Assembly: GCA_032718475.1 (NCBI GenBank)
Contig: JAUCBJ010003313.1
Span: 1 to 64,000 of the forward strand
Length of the DNA stretch: 64,000 bases
Direction: 5' to 3'
From: Nemertoderma westbladi
Lineage: Eukaryota > Animalia > Xenacoelomorpha
Position numbers and translations under genes: made by a program. The notes beneath the pieces are model-generated. The model saw nothing but the letters and a program-made list of their open reading frames with translations, had not been told where the DNA came from and did no database searches. How positions within the stretch are numbered: position 1 is the stretch's first letter; each line of letters begins with the position of its first letter. This document shows positions 11,268 through 23,750 of this stretch, piece after piece.

Positions 11268-13407
11268 GTTGTTTAATAACAAGTAATGTTTGTTCAGCAC
11301 CCAGTATAGGCCTATACGAGTACCGGTAGGTTTATAAGAATAGGTTTATATTCCATTATCTCTCAGTGCAATTATTTCTTTAGCCATATCCAATCTACCT
11401 GTACTTTAATATCCGGCTATTAACTACTTCAGTAGGTATTATTTAGAATTTAACTTAGTAGATAATAATATCCTTTATTTATATAAATAATGATATTTAT
11501 ATTGTCAATTTAAATTTAATAATTTTTTAGATTAATTTGTGTTGTTTCTTTTTATTTCTACCGTCGGATGTTAGAGATTTCCCATATTGTTCTTAGAATC
11601 AGTTAGATTACATACTGGTACACGGTTTCACTTCAACAGTATATTATATACCGGTACTTGTAATTAATAGCTAATTAGTTTATATTTATATTATTGTAAG
11701 AAATGAAGCAGAACAAATGTATTCATTTACTCAATAATTTATGAGTATTAATATTTCATTGTTCATAATCATATTTACATTTAGTGTAACTTATCATAAT
11801 TAATTACTAATAATTAACCGTCGCGTATATAATTAGTATACTGGTAATTCGATTATCTATACATTTTGCTTCGCCTTTGTATTTTTGTTTGTTTCAACAT
11901 TCCATATTAATTATAGTTGCTACCGGTAATTAAATTGATTGCAATCAGTAGTTTTGTTTAAGTCAATGTTTCATAGTACTCAAGATTCAAGGACAGAGAC
12001 TGTAAGGGATCGATATTATAATATATCATTAATATTTGGTCTCAATAAAACTTAATTAATTATTGCTCAATATGTCTCCATTGTATTTCCTTCCTTCTTT
12101 TATCAGATGTCCATGATTTACACTCCGAATGGTGTGGTGGGGATTCCCATAGGCACTCGAAATATCGAATAACTTTATTTCAGATGAATCTAATTTATTT
12201 GGTATTTCTATTTAGTTGCTAGTTCATTTCTATGGTTTAGATATTCATTTACCTTGCTATGACGTCATGCTTTAATTACTCTTTTTGTTTACCCTTTTGT
12301 CTAACACTTCTTTTATTAACGTTTTGTATATTGTATAAACTTTTTTCAGTGTCACTACAAAATATAGCTTATTCAGAAATGCTTAATATATTATTATGGA
12401 AGTAATATCGTCGCTTAAGTACGTGTAGGCCCTAAAAATCTGGTTTGTAAATTTTGCAGAAGCAATATCCGAAACAGAAAGTTAACATTCTTAAAACAAA
12501 TGGTATGCATGGGAATATGGGAATAACAAAGGATTTGAGGGGAATTTGCGACATAATTGGATTGATGGCTCATTTGAAACTATAAGTATAATTTTATTTA
12601 ACATCTGTTTGTCGGTTCCATCTGGCTTGGAATTTTGCACCGTGTAATTTTTCTGAGTTCTGATTTCCAATAATATTCGGAATATTATACTATACAGTCT
12701 AAACTTAATCTTTTTTGGAATTTACAATAATTATTAGACTGGATAATAATACATAGGGTTAGATAATGTCGTTTAATAATGTGGTGCCCATTTTTTACAT
12801 TAAGGATCATCATTTTCTAAAAATGTTTGTTTTACTGGTAATGTCATTGTGCTTAGATTGCAATGTAGCTAAATGTTTTACATTCTGTTCAGATTGAAAT
12901 TATAATCAAGATGGCAGTGGTCAGTGGCAACTGTTCGAAAACCACAAACCTCACTTTATGTAGATTTCATACTCCATGGCATCCTGACGAAAATGCTCCT
13001 GAGTCTGGAATCCAGGGGCGATAGCTACTGCACTCTGCGGCAAATATAAGTTATGTGACAGCATTTCAACTTTATTTAAAAAGCTTAACTCGAGTTGGAC
13101 CTCATAGAGGGTGTGCACTTTTAAGACACATCACGACACGTCCTGGAAATGATTGTTAATATATAACGAAACTGCCTCTTTAGGTTGATAGTTGTAGGAA
13201 AGAGACACCGACACCCTCTCATTTATATGTGTCAGAATTAAGATGTGAAAGGTTCGATCCCGGAACACATCTTACATCTTTTTGTTTAAAAAAATAACGC
13301 ATCAACCTTCGGATTACTAGCAAAAATGAAACTGCTTGGATTGTACCTTCGTTTATTGTATTAGTTACAATCAAGGCGTACTATATAAGGCCATGCCATC
13401 GAGTTAA

Positions 13408-15222
13408 CTACTACTACTACTAGGTCGAGCGAACTCGGACAGTGGAAATGAGATCCTTCCAGGCTTCCCGATTCTCCATAGTTGTCGCAATTTCGTTTCT
13501 CCCAAGTTCAGTATCCCTTTCAAGTTGATCTATATATGTTATGGCAGGTCGTCCACGACTACGCTTTCCATGAGTTGGTTGCCAGAAAAGTAGATCTGGT
13601 ATGACCTCGTATTTACTTCGCCAGCAGTGCCCACTGAATCTTAATCTGCGTTCACGGAGGGTGGTTGATACAGGTGGTATTGTACCATAAAGCTCGGCGT
13701 TTGTCATGTGTTGTCTCCAGCTGATGTTTAGGGCTGCCCTTAGTAGTCTTGTGTAGCAACCATCAATTCGTTGTTCAAGTGATTTAGTCAGTGTCCAGGT
13801 CTCACCCCCGTATAAAAATACACTTTCCACTGTGGCTCGAAAGAACTTGGTCTTCAGGTGCCTGGAGAGATCTGATTTCCAGATGGTATCCATTTTTGAT
13901 AGAGCTACCCAAGCCTTTGCTTTCCTAACTTCTATGTCCTTTTTGCTACTCTCTATCCACGATCCAAGGTACTGGAAGTCATCGACCTTCCTTAGTTGAT
14001 TATTATCAATGGTTGTCAAGTTTCCATCAACATTAAAGGTCATGAATTCGGTCTTGGTAGCATTTATATGCAATCCAACCTCCTTAGCAGCCCTCTCCAC
14101 TTTATTTAATAGAAGCTGTGCATCTGCTAGCGTATTAGAGAGCAGGGCGATGTCATCCGCAAAGTCGGTGTCTGTGACTGTAGTTGCCGGTATCTACTAC
14201 TTCTGCGTTCTTGAAGTGTGAATCCCAGATCTTCACCCTTTGTGGCCGTCCTCATTGCGTAATCCAGCACAATTACAAATAGTAATGGTGCTAATGTGTC
14301 ACCTTGCAGTACGCCAGCCAGGATTGAGAAAAACTCAGTTTCACCATCTGGTGAGAGTACCTGCGCTTCTGTGTCACAATATAACAATCCAATGCCAGCA
14401 ACAATTACTTCAGGTATTCCATAAGCTCTTAGGATTTCAAGCATTTTACCTCTATGGATAGAGTCGAATGCCTTCTTGAAGTCCACAAAAGTCATGACTG
14501 CGGGGAGATTCTTTGACTTAATTCCTTCTATCAGTCTCCGTAGTGCAAGTATCTGAGCTATTGTTGATCTACTTGGTCGAAATCCGTTTTGGCTCTTACG
14601 CAGTAGTTTCTCTATGTGAGGCCTAATCCTATATAGAATCATTTTATTGTATATTTTGGCAGCTACCACAAGCAGACAGATCCCACGATAGTTTGTTGGT
14701 ATGCCGAGGTCTCCTTTCTTGGGGAGAGGCTTTAGTTGACCTTTAGTCCAAATTAGTGGTGGCTTTTCCCCTTTTAGCATCCGGTTGCAAACATTCAATA
14801 ATGGTCTGTTTAGCACTCCGGTTTTCCATACCTCCGCTGGGATTTCATCTAATCCACTCGCTTTATTATTGGACATGCTTTTAATGCTTCTTTGGAGTTC
14901 GGCAGGTGTGAAGTCCCCTGTTTCTATAGGTAGTGTCTTGTCATATATTTTCCTTGTAGGGCTGACCTCGATGTTTGGTGGCTGCCCAAGCAAGTTGCTG
15001 AACTGATTTTTCCACTTCCCAACACGTTCTTCAGGACTATCGGCTTTGAGGCGCCCCTTTGCACAACTTTTCCGACCAGATGCCTCATTTACAGTTTGCC
15101 AGGTAAGTCTTGATTGTTGCTGTATGTGAGCAGTTGTAATTGCTTCAGTTTTATCCTGTATGTACTTTTCCTGGCTGATGTTGTAGGCCAATTTAAGATC
15201 GTCCTTAGCTTTCTCAACCTTG
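13408..15222 (-). mobile_element. RTE-clade LINE, 5'-truncated; RT domain with one frameshift
   Basis: ORFs 14127-15248 and 13420-14100 carry FVDFKKAFDS, GVLQGDTLAP, DFADD (after the frameshift near 14185) and RRLRFSGHCWR. A (TAG)n tail overlaps the stop codon. Confidence 0.95.
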
Positions 15223-15226
15223 TTAA

Positions 15227-17656
15227 TATGTGGGTCAAATTGGCCCAACTCGTTGTTAAAAATCCAGCTGTGAAGTACAGGCTGGCGTGATGGTCATAAT
15301 ATCTTGTGACATCCTACCCCTACTAGTTAGTAACCATATGCTATAATATAATAACATATACCGAAATGGTGTTCTAGCAGTAGACATCTAAACACCTTGT
15401 ACACGTGGTTTACCAAAGTGGGTCAAATTGACCCAATAGTGTAAATGCTGTTCCTTATCTTATACAAGCGCTTATACATAGTAGGAAATATACCATTGGT
15501 AACTTGAAAAACGTGGGAATTTTGAATTTTCTCCAGTGAATCTTAGTGTACCGCTGTACCGGTAGTGATTGTATGTTGATATTAATCTTATAGTTGAAAG
15601 GCTGAAAGGTAACTGGATAAACATAAACACTCTCAGAGATCTCAAATTTCGGAGGTATCATTTAGTATGTCGAATCGTTATCCTAATCGGACAAGACGTC
15701 CTGTGAATGCCTATGGGTACCTTTTTCCGTCCCAAGATGAGTTCCTGGATGACAGCGATGGAGTTGATAGTGATGCAATAGATGACAATGATGAACTGGA
15801 TGGTGGTGAGAGTGAGGTGGAAGACTCTGGAAGCGATGTGTCTGCCGGAGATGGTGTGGAGGAGTGCGGGATGAGTGATGCCGGAGGAGTCGGGGAGAGC
15901 AATGGAGAAGGTGAAGGGGCAACATTATATGTATCACGTAGGGGCAACATTGAGTGGAGCAAGACGCCATGTCTTCCAACTTCTCAAGTTCGATCCATCA
16001 ATATCATTCGTGAGGGTCGGTCCATTCCCAAACATGTGAGAGATAAGAATATGTCTTCCCCACTGGACACATTTACCAATTTCATTTCACATGAAATGTT
16101 GATGATCGTTTTGGACGCAACGAACAACAGTGCGATTGACCCTGACGTTACACTCGACGAGCTGTATGGTTTCCTCGGCATCCTTATCTTTGCAGGAGTT
16201 CATCGAGACAATCGACTTCCAGTACGTTCACTCTTCCACAATGAATATGGCCGGCCCATTTACAGTGCCACTATGTCCCGAAATCGTTTCGTTGAAATTT
16301 TGCGCCACTTTCGCTTTGACAACAAAGAGACTCGTGTAGAACGGCGAGCTACTGACAAACTGGCCCCAATCCGGGAAGTGTGGGACATGTTTGTAAACCG
16401 TCTCCGATCGTCCTATGTACCAGGTCCGACTGTGACTGTGGACGAGATGCTGTCACCATTCCGTGGTAGGTGTCCGTTTCGGCAATACATCCCATCAAAG
16501 CCAGCGAAGTACGGCATCAAGTTCTGGTGGCTATGTGACTCTGAGACATTCTATCCATACAATGGCCAAGTTTATTGCGGCCGGCTTCCGAATGAAGCAC
16601 GAGAAAAGGGACAGTCTAAGCGTGTGGTCCTGGACTTGGCGCAGCCTTTATTTGGAACTAATAGAAACATTTGCGCAGACAACTTCTTTAGTAGTATGGA
16701 ACTTTTATTGGAACTGAAGCAGCATCGGCTCAGCTACCTAGGAACTGTCAGGCGTAACAAGCCGGAGGTTCCCCAAGAGTTCGTTGACACACGCGGAAGA
16801 CAAGTCCATTCCTCTTTGTTCGGCCACACCAATGACGCAACATTGGTTTCGTATATACCAAAGGCAAGCAAGTGTGTGCTGATGTTATCATCGTCCCACT
16901 TTGATCAGGAAGTATCAGCCGAGGCGACCCACAAACCCAGCATGATTTTGGATTATAATGCGCAAAAATGTGGTGTTGATGTGATGGATGCGATGGTGGG
17001 TCATTTCACAGCACGCAGGGCCACCCGCCGCTGGCCCATGCGGGTCTTCATGGTGGTAGTTGATGTTGCTGCAGTTGCCGGGTTTGTGGTGTATTACACT
17101 CTCTTCCCAACAACCCGTCGCACTAATCGGGCGAGGTTCAATTACCTAACAGAGGTATCTCAGGGTCTTATGAAGATCAGTATGACGTCTCGTACCCTAT
17201 CCCGTCATATTGCTGAGGCACCTCGTACTATAGCCCAGCGAGAGCAGCAGCTCAGTACATCCTTGGTGGGCTCCAGTTTTTCAGCACCCAAAGTTCCCAA
17301 ACGTGGGAGATGCTACAGGTGCCCACAAAAGTCTGGGTCTACAAAGTATTCACGAAAATGCGACAACTGTGCACACTTCATCTGCGACGTACATTCGCGT
17401 GTATCAACGTATTGCACTAGTTGCACCTAGAGTCCGAACATACTATTGATAACATGATATTGATAACAATCGATAACATGATATTGGTAATCGATATATA
17501 ACTCTGTACAATCACTTGTACTATATTTTAACCCTATAATTATATTGGCAGTGTGGAAATTGATTATTTCCCCTACAAAGTCGTTTTTTGTAGGTATGGG
17601 TCAAATTGACCCAAAGCGGGTGTCTATGTGGCAAAACAAAACCGGGTATAGGCGGG
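15227..17656 (+). mobile_element. piggyBac transposon; right end intact, left TIR missing
   Basis: Right end CCGGGTATAGGCGGG followed by TTAA (17657-17660). Subterminal palindromes TGGGTCAAATTG.CCCA near 15231, 15419 and 17597. No CCCGCC.. TIR at the left junction with the LINE. Confidence 0.88.
15667..17430 (+). CDS. Intact piggyBac transposase (PGBD4-like, 587 aa)
   Basis: Acidic N-terminus; DDD triad motifs VTVDEML, CADNFFSS and GVDVMD; C-terminal Cys-rich domain RCYRC...CDNC..FIC..H...C..C; no stops. Confidence 0.95.
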   Translation: MSNRYPNRTRRPVNAYGYLFPSQDEFLDDSDGVDSDAIDDNDELDGGESEVEDSGSDVSAGDGVEECGMSDAGGVGESNGEGEGATLYVSRRGNIEWSKTPCLPTSQVRSINIIREGRSIPKHVRDKNMSSPLDTFTNFISHEMLMIVLDATNNSAIDPDVTLDELYGFLGILIFAGVHRDNRLPVRSLFHNEYGRPIYSATMSRNRFVEILRHFRFDNKETRVERRATDKLAPIREVWDMFVNRLRSSYVPGPTVTVDEMLSPFRGRCPFRQYIPSKPAKYGIKFWWLCDSETFYPYNGQVYCGRLPNEAREKGQSKRVVLDLAQPLFGTNRNICADNFFSSMELLLELKQHRLSYLGTVRRNKPEVPQEFVDTRGRQVHSSLFGHTNDATLVSYIPKASKCVLMLSSSHFDQEVSAEATHKPSMILDYNAQKCGVDVMDAMVGHFTARRATRRWPMRVFMVVVDVAAVAGFVVYYTLFPTTRRTNRARFNYLTEVSQGLMKISMTSRTLSRHIAEAPRTIAQREQQLSTSLVGSSFSAPKVPKRGRCYRCPQKSGSTKYSRKCDNCAHFICDVHSRVSTYCTSCT

Positions 17657-17966
17657 TTAAATGGATAGAAAATCGCTGTCCATAGAAACCAAGATAAAAA
17701 TTTAACGGAGCACTGCGTAGTGACGTCAAATCTGTAACAGCCAATCACAGTCGATTTTCAAAATTGGCTTTCCGCGCATAATTAATCTCGCAATTTCGAA
17801 CGTTTCCTCGCGTTTTTACAAAAAGCACACCCCGCCACTCGATTCAGGGCACCTTGCTACCCTTTATTAAATTGTTTCTAGCCCAACAAGTTTTTCGCTA
17901 ACCAACCCTATATAGAACTGTATTGATATATATTTATAAAAAATATAATTTTATTTAGTTATTAGT

Positions 17967-19575
17967 TACTACTACTACTAGATCGTGTGAACTCGGACAG
18001 TGGAAATGAGATCATTCCAGCTTCCCGATTCCCCATAGTTTCGTTTCTCTCAAGTTCAGTGTTTCTTTCAAGCTGGTCTAATATGTCATAGCCGGTCGTC
18101 CACGGCTACGCTTTCCTTGTGTTGGTTGACTGACAGAGAAGTAGATCTGGTATGACCTCATGTTTACTTATCCAGCAGTGCCCACTGAATCTTAATCTGA
18201 GTTCCATCAAATCGTTGTTCGAGTGATTTCATCAGTGTCCAGGTTTCACCGTATTGCCGTATAAAAGTAAACTTTCCACTGTGTCTCGAAAGAACTTAAT
18301 CTTCTGGTACCTGGAAAGGTCTGGTCTGATTTCCAGATGGTTATCCAGATAGTCATTTTTGATAGAGCCACCCGTGCCTTTGCTTTCCTAACTTATATCT
18401 CTTCTATCCACATGACCCAAAGTACTGAAAGTCGTCAACTTTTCTTAGTTGATAATTATTATCGTTTGTTATCAACTTTCCATCAACATAAAAAGTCATG
18501 AATTCTGTCTTGGTAGCATTTATATGCAATCTAACCTCCTTAACAGCCCACTCCACTTTATTCAGTAGAAGCTGTCATTTCATTAAAGAGCAGGGCGATG
18601 TCATCCGCAAAGTCGGTGTACAATTACACTACAATTACGAATAGTACTGGCACCAATGTGTCACCTTGCACTACCACAGTTAGGATTGAGAAGAACTCAG
18701 TTTCACCATTTGGTGGGAGTAGTACCTGAGCTTCTGTGTCACAATATAACAATCCAATGCCAGCAACAATTACTTATGGTATTCCATAAGATCTTATGAT
18801 TTGAGACAGAGGGAGAAACTGGATGCAAAGCCCGCTTTGGCGAATTATTATCCCGCCCCAATGTTAAATTCTCAATTTAGGGATAGCAGCAGGTTACAGT
18901 GGAACGTTATTTTAACCAAAACAATAAACTAAACACAATAGAACAGGTTACAGTTTTATTTTTGATCGTAAGCAGCGGTTATTTGCATCCAATTTGCCCT
19001 GGAGAGGGATTAATTTGTATTGCATCCAGCCCCCCCCCCCCCCCCCCCCCTCTATTTTTGTAGGATTTCCTGCATTTTACCTCTATGGATGGAGTCGAAT
19101 GTTTTCTGTTCTTTTGAACAAATGTTAGGACTGCGGTGAGATAGATTCTTTGAATTAATTCCCTCAATCAGTTGTCGTAGGGTAGCACAGAACAAGTACC
19201 TGAGCTACAGTAGGCCTATTGTTGATCTATTTGGTCGAAATCCATTTTGGCTCTTATGCAGCAGTTTTTCTATGTGAGGCCTAATTCTATATAGTTTAAT
19301 TTTGTTGTATATTTTGGCAGCTACTACAAGCAGACAGATCCCACAATAGTTTGTTGGTATACCCAAGTATCCTTTCTTAGGGAGAGGCTTTAGTTGACTT
19401 TTAGTCCAAATTGGTGGTGGCCTTTATACCCTTTGAGCATCCGGTTGCAAACATCAAATCTGGTCTGTTTAGCACTTCTCTTTTCCATACCTCTGCAAGG
19501 ATTTCATCTGATCCACTCGTTTCTGATTGGACATACTTTTAATGCTTCTTTGAAGTTCGGCGGGTGTGAAGTCCT
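17967..19575 (-). mobile_element. Older, decayed copy of the RTE family at 13408-15222
   Basis: Colinear nucleotide similarity to 13408-14915 with deletions, and a (TAG)n tail at about 17967-17981. Interrupted by an insertion at about 18803-19060. Confidence 0.9.
18803..19060. mobile_element. Small MITE-like insertion in the decayed RTE
   Basis: Flanked by a degenerate duplication TATGATTT/TAGGATTT with imperfect TIRs (CTGGATGCAA/TTGCATCCAG). An inverted copy of the same family lies at about 47870-48000 plus 52420-52495. Confidence 0.6.
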
Positions 19576-19854
19576 GGAGCATGCTGAAGGCAGGATGCGG
19601 TGTAACATAATTATATTATAACTTTGTGACAATCGTGATCAACGAGATTCCACGAAAAGATCTGAAGTGTCAAGTTGTCCTTTCTGGGAACTACTGGCAT
19701 TAAGCCCAAATTACTTCTCAGCCCCTAGAGCCATCAAAGGACACAAACAAAACAAACAAATAACACAAACAAAAATAACATAATAACATAATAACATGCT
19801 CCACATACAGGTATGTATCGCAACCCTAACCCTAAAACCTAACCGCCATACAAT

Positions 19855-20962
19855 AAATGATACCGGTAATAAACTGCACGAAAGCGAAGCCAATATTCTA
19901 TAAGAAAATATATGACAATTTTGTCGCCGTGAAAGGGGTAGGACTAGGGCAAAAATAAATAATTTGTGAAAAATATGGTTGCGCTTCGGTGTCTCGGACC
20001 AGTACGCGCTAATCCTCGACACCATCGTCAGCTGGACAAGGAATTAGCCAAGCCTAGCTATCTATATTGCACCAATGACCTAAATTAATCGCATCATCAA
20101 TTCAGTTACCCCCTAAACCAAACAGACGTCAACAATATAACATTGGCACCCTATAGGCCTATGGTAAGTAAACATGTTACCAATGGAAAACTGGTAGATT
20201 GCTAGGGCAAACACACAGTACAAAAATTGATTTGACAATATGCAGTGATATCTGAATTCTGCTCTTTACTTCATATGTGATAATTGAATGTACCGACATA
20301 CTGACTAACAGGGGGTTGTTATATATTAACTTAAAGGTAAACACAAGAGTCTTTCACCCCTTAAACTACAAAAAAATATAGAATCAGGACATTAAGCCCA
20401 AATTACTTCTCTGCCCCTAGGGCTAATTTCCTATCCAGCTAATCCCCTAATCCCCTAATCCCTAATTCCCTGTCCAGCTGACGATGTTGTCGAGTATTAG
20501 CGCGTCCATGTTACAGTCCAGGTACTGGTCCAAGACACCGAAACGCAACCATATTTTTCAGAAATTAATTATTTTTGCCCAAGTCCTACCCCTTTTACGG
20601 CGACAAAATTGTCATATATATATGTCCCACCTTGGTGTAGTGGTTGCATTGAATTCACATCTCCTGTAGGTCGTGGGTTCGATCCTCACATGGGCCAGGG
20701 CAGTTTTCGTTTCGGCACGAATGCTTTAAAGGGACCAGCCAGGGTGCATCTCTGCCTTGCATCCTTAAGTGGTAGCTTAATGAGTACTGGAGTTTCCTCT
20801 GGGGAGTAAAGTTCTGGGGGGACCGCACTGGAAATAAGTCGTCAGACTTTGTGCGTAATCCCTGGCCTAGCGGCCGAAGAAAATTAACTTATAATATATA
20901 TTTTCTTATAGAATATACAGTACAGTAAGCGTAGCTTTCGTGCAGTTTATTACCGATATCAT
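19855..20962. repeat. Pair of about 195-bp inverted repeats (19855-20050 versus 20462-20623 plus 20894-20962)
   Basis: Reverse-complement similarity, e.g. GACAATTTTGTCGCCGT/ACGGCGACAAAATTGTC. The second copy is split by a SINE. Confidence 0.8.
20624..20893 (+). mobile_element. tRNA-derived SINE with Nin/Deu-like central domain
   Basis: A-box TGGTGTAGTGG, B-box GGTTCGATCC, central GCCTTGCATCCTT...AATGAGTAC...GGGGAGTAAAG (Nin-like), and TSD ATATATAT. A related fragment lies at about 8050-8122. Confidence 0.8.
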
Positions 20963-21012
20963 TTAACTTCAGCAATATTCTAAATTACAAAATTTATTAT
21001 CGGTATCCTTAG

Positions 21013-21175
21013 GTGGGTAAAATTGGCGGGCGTCAAGAAATATCGCTTGGTGACGGTTGCCATAGCTTTGGAACTGCTGTACACGAAGTGTTACATGCCT
21101 TGGGAGTCCACCACGAACAGGGCAGACCAGACCGGGACAGCCATGTACTGATACTCTGGGATTTCATTGAAGAGT
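21013..21175 (+). CDS. Astacin (M12A) metalloprotease catalytic exon; other exons not located, 3' boundary uncertain
   Basis: Acceptor TCCTTAG, then [54 protein letters not shown], matching the astacin signature HExxHxxGxxHExxRxDRD. Confidence 0.8.
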
Positions 21176-21581
21176 CGAAAAAGTTAGAAAATCATTTCAA
21201 TATATTATTACAAACTGTAAATATTTTCAAAATACGCAAGTAAAATTAATCATAGTTTCTAAATCTAAAAAAATAAATTAGCAATAGCAATTTTAGTTTT
21301 GAGTTATCATAAAAGCTATTTATCTCGAAAGATTTTTTCGGAATTTAATTATTTCAACGCCCTGCTACATTTACTATTTTTGAGGAATGGGCACCAGTAT
21401 GGAACTATTACAATTACATATCGATTTAATTACAAATCAGGAACGACATAAATATCAAATATGACACAAGTTTAAAAGATGCGGCTCGCTAAATACATAT
21501 TAAAATGTATCTTTTGAACTCCGTTTGTTAGCGCTTTATTGTCCGCACAGTTAAATTTCCGATACATAAGGAGTACACGAA

Positions 21582-22098
21582 GTGGGGACTTCGCGCAGCA
21601 CGAAGTTGGCGAAGCCTTAGCGAATTGACACTGTTAGGGGGTGGGTCAATTTATGCAAATAGTTGTCGTTGTCACGTTGGCCCTCTAGCGGCAGACTGGA
21701 GAACTGCAGATGGATTCGCCTCCTTTGAAAGTCACAGCTAATGGTCTAATACATATCTGCCAAGTTTCAGCTTAAACGGATTAAAAGCAAAGAAATGGGA
21801 GGGCATTTAATGTTTAGACATGTGGCCCTCTAGCGGGAGACCATTGCACTGATGGTGTCTGAAAGTCTCTCAAAAATCTCAACTTTTGCTCATATTGATA
21901 CCTACAAATTTTCAACTTGGCAGCTTTAAATCCGACAAAGTTATTAGCATGTCAAAATCGTAACGACGACGACAACGACGACGACGACGACGACGACAAC
22001 GACGACGACGACGACGACGACAACTATTTGCATAAATTGACCCACCCCCTAACAGTGTCAATTCGATAAGGCTCCGCCAACTTCGTGGCTCGCCCCAC
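21582..22098. mobile_element. MITE-like element with about 90-bp TIRs and an internal (CGA)n microsatellite
   Basis: CACGAAGTTGGCG...GAATTGACACTGTTAGGGGGTGGGTCAATTTATGCAAATAGTTGTCG occurs with its reverse complement at about 22016-22098. No clear TSD. Confidence 0.8.
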
Positions 22099-22574
22099 AA
22101 ACACTACACCTTTGCAGGGATCCAATCGAATATGAGTCTATATTTGGAGAAACTGTGAATTGGTCGCTAATTTAAGGGGAGTAAGTAGTACAGGCATTTT
22201 TTCCATACAAACTACTATTAAGCATCGGTGCCATTTTAGAACGCATCAGATTACTTTATAGGCCGACTGTTCTTGCATTCTAACCGGTATTTAACGGGCT
22301 TTCTTTCAGGTAAACCAATTAGTTTTTTGAATTTCAATTTTTTTTTCATATATTTAACTTATTTTTTGAAAAATGGACCAAATTTTCAAAAAAATTAGCC
22401 AAATAATTAATGTCACAAACATTAAAATCAAAATTTGGTGCTTATGCATACATAATATAAAAAAAACTAATTGGTCTACCTTATTCTACGGTAAAAAATG
22501 ATCCTAGTGAAAAATTTTCAAGTCTATAACTGAGAAAAATGTACCGAAAGAATTCTAAATCCAGTTATAATTTG

Positions 22575-23085
22575 AACCTTCCCGGTCCCGCATCGCGTTT
22601 CCTTTCAAATCCTACCAAGGAACACATGGTTGCTGCGAGAAGCGTTGTTTGTTTACGTTTCTTGAAGGGGACTATCGATTATAAACTGACATACCCGAGG
22701 AATACTCAAGATCTACGACTGCTTGGGTACAGTGATGCTGATTGGGCCAGAGATACCTCAGATAAGAAATCAACCTCGGGGTATTGTTTTAAATTAACAG
22801 AGTGTGGTGTAGTGGTATCGTTGTGTTCCCAGAAGCAAAATTGTGTTGCTCTGTCCACTGCCAAAGCGGAATATGTAGCTCTAAGTGTTGCTTGCCAAGA
22901 AGCATTAGATTTGCGTTTAATGTTGAAGGAGTTTGTTTATGATGTCAAAGAACCAGTTACCATCTTTGAAGACAATCAATCTGCGATATCTCTAAGTAAC
23001 CATCCCAGTGTTAGAAAGAAAACAAAGCATATTGACATCAAATATCACTATGTAAGGGGACTTGTTGAAAGTGATATTGTATATA
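22575..23085 (+). pseudogene. Ty1/copia RT-end and RNase H fragment
   Basis: GYSDADWA, KSTSGY, KQNCVALSTAKAEY, IFEDNQSAI and KHIDIKYHYVR motifs; no LTRs seen. Confidence 0.93.
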
Positions 23086-23197
23086 TTCCATATTATATTA
23101 TTCCATATATATTCATATATTCCATCTGAACATAGATCTATCCCATCATAGTAGACATGTACCGAACAACAAGAGTCCCACAAGAAATGAAAACAAA

Positions 23198-23750
23198 TAC
23201 TACTACTACTAGGATCGGCATGCTGCATTGCAGCTGCATTTTTAAGAATGCTGTGCCGGCTTGTCAACAAAATTGCACCGCCACAACTCCCTATCACCCA
23301 TGACATTTGCTAGATCATCCGCATCTTTAAGGCCAGTGTCCTTTAAGATGCGTCTCAAGAAAGTCATGGGCTGTCCACCATGCTTATTCACTCCATGAGG
23401 CTGCCAAAGTACAAGATTATGCACTGGCTGGTCCTCACGGCGAAAGCAATGTCCTGCAAAGCGGAGGCGATTTTGTTCTAGTGTCAAGCTTGGGGGAACC
23501 AATGAGACACCTCCAATGTTATACAGTGTCTGGTTGGAGATGTGTGCATTGTACTTGACACAATGTACCCGGCGTAGCATTCTTGTGAATGTGCCATCCA
23601 GAGATTTGGTGTCCTCAGCAGTTAGAGCCCAGCATGGACTCCCGTAGAGGAGTACTGGAACTACTGCTGCTCTAAATAATCGGACCTTAAGTTTCCGATT
23701 AATTCTAGGTGACTTCCAAATCCTGGAAAGCCTATTCAAGGCTGCCCATG
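23198..23750 (-). mobile_element. 3' part of an RTE LINE split by the BEL/Pao insertion
   Basis: ORF 23242-23739 (LLYGSPCW, RLRFAGHCFR) continues the frame ...KGKAW from 38070-40163. (TAG)n tail at about 23198-23212. Confidence 0.93.

Noticed and set aside
12895-13050. Possible astacin pro-domain exon (ENAPESGIQG..)
   Set aside because: Similarity is too short, the frame is broken, and no consistent splice phase links it to 21013.
20624-20695. tRNA gene
   Set aside because: A and B boxes are present but the cloverleaf is incomplete, and it continues into a SINE body with a TSD.
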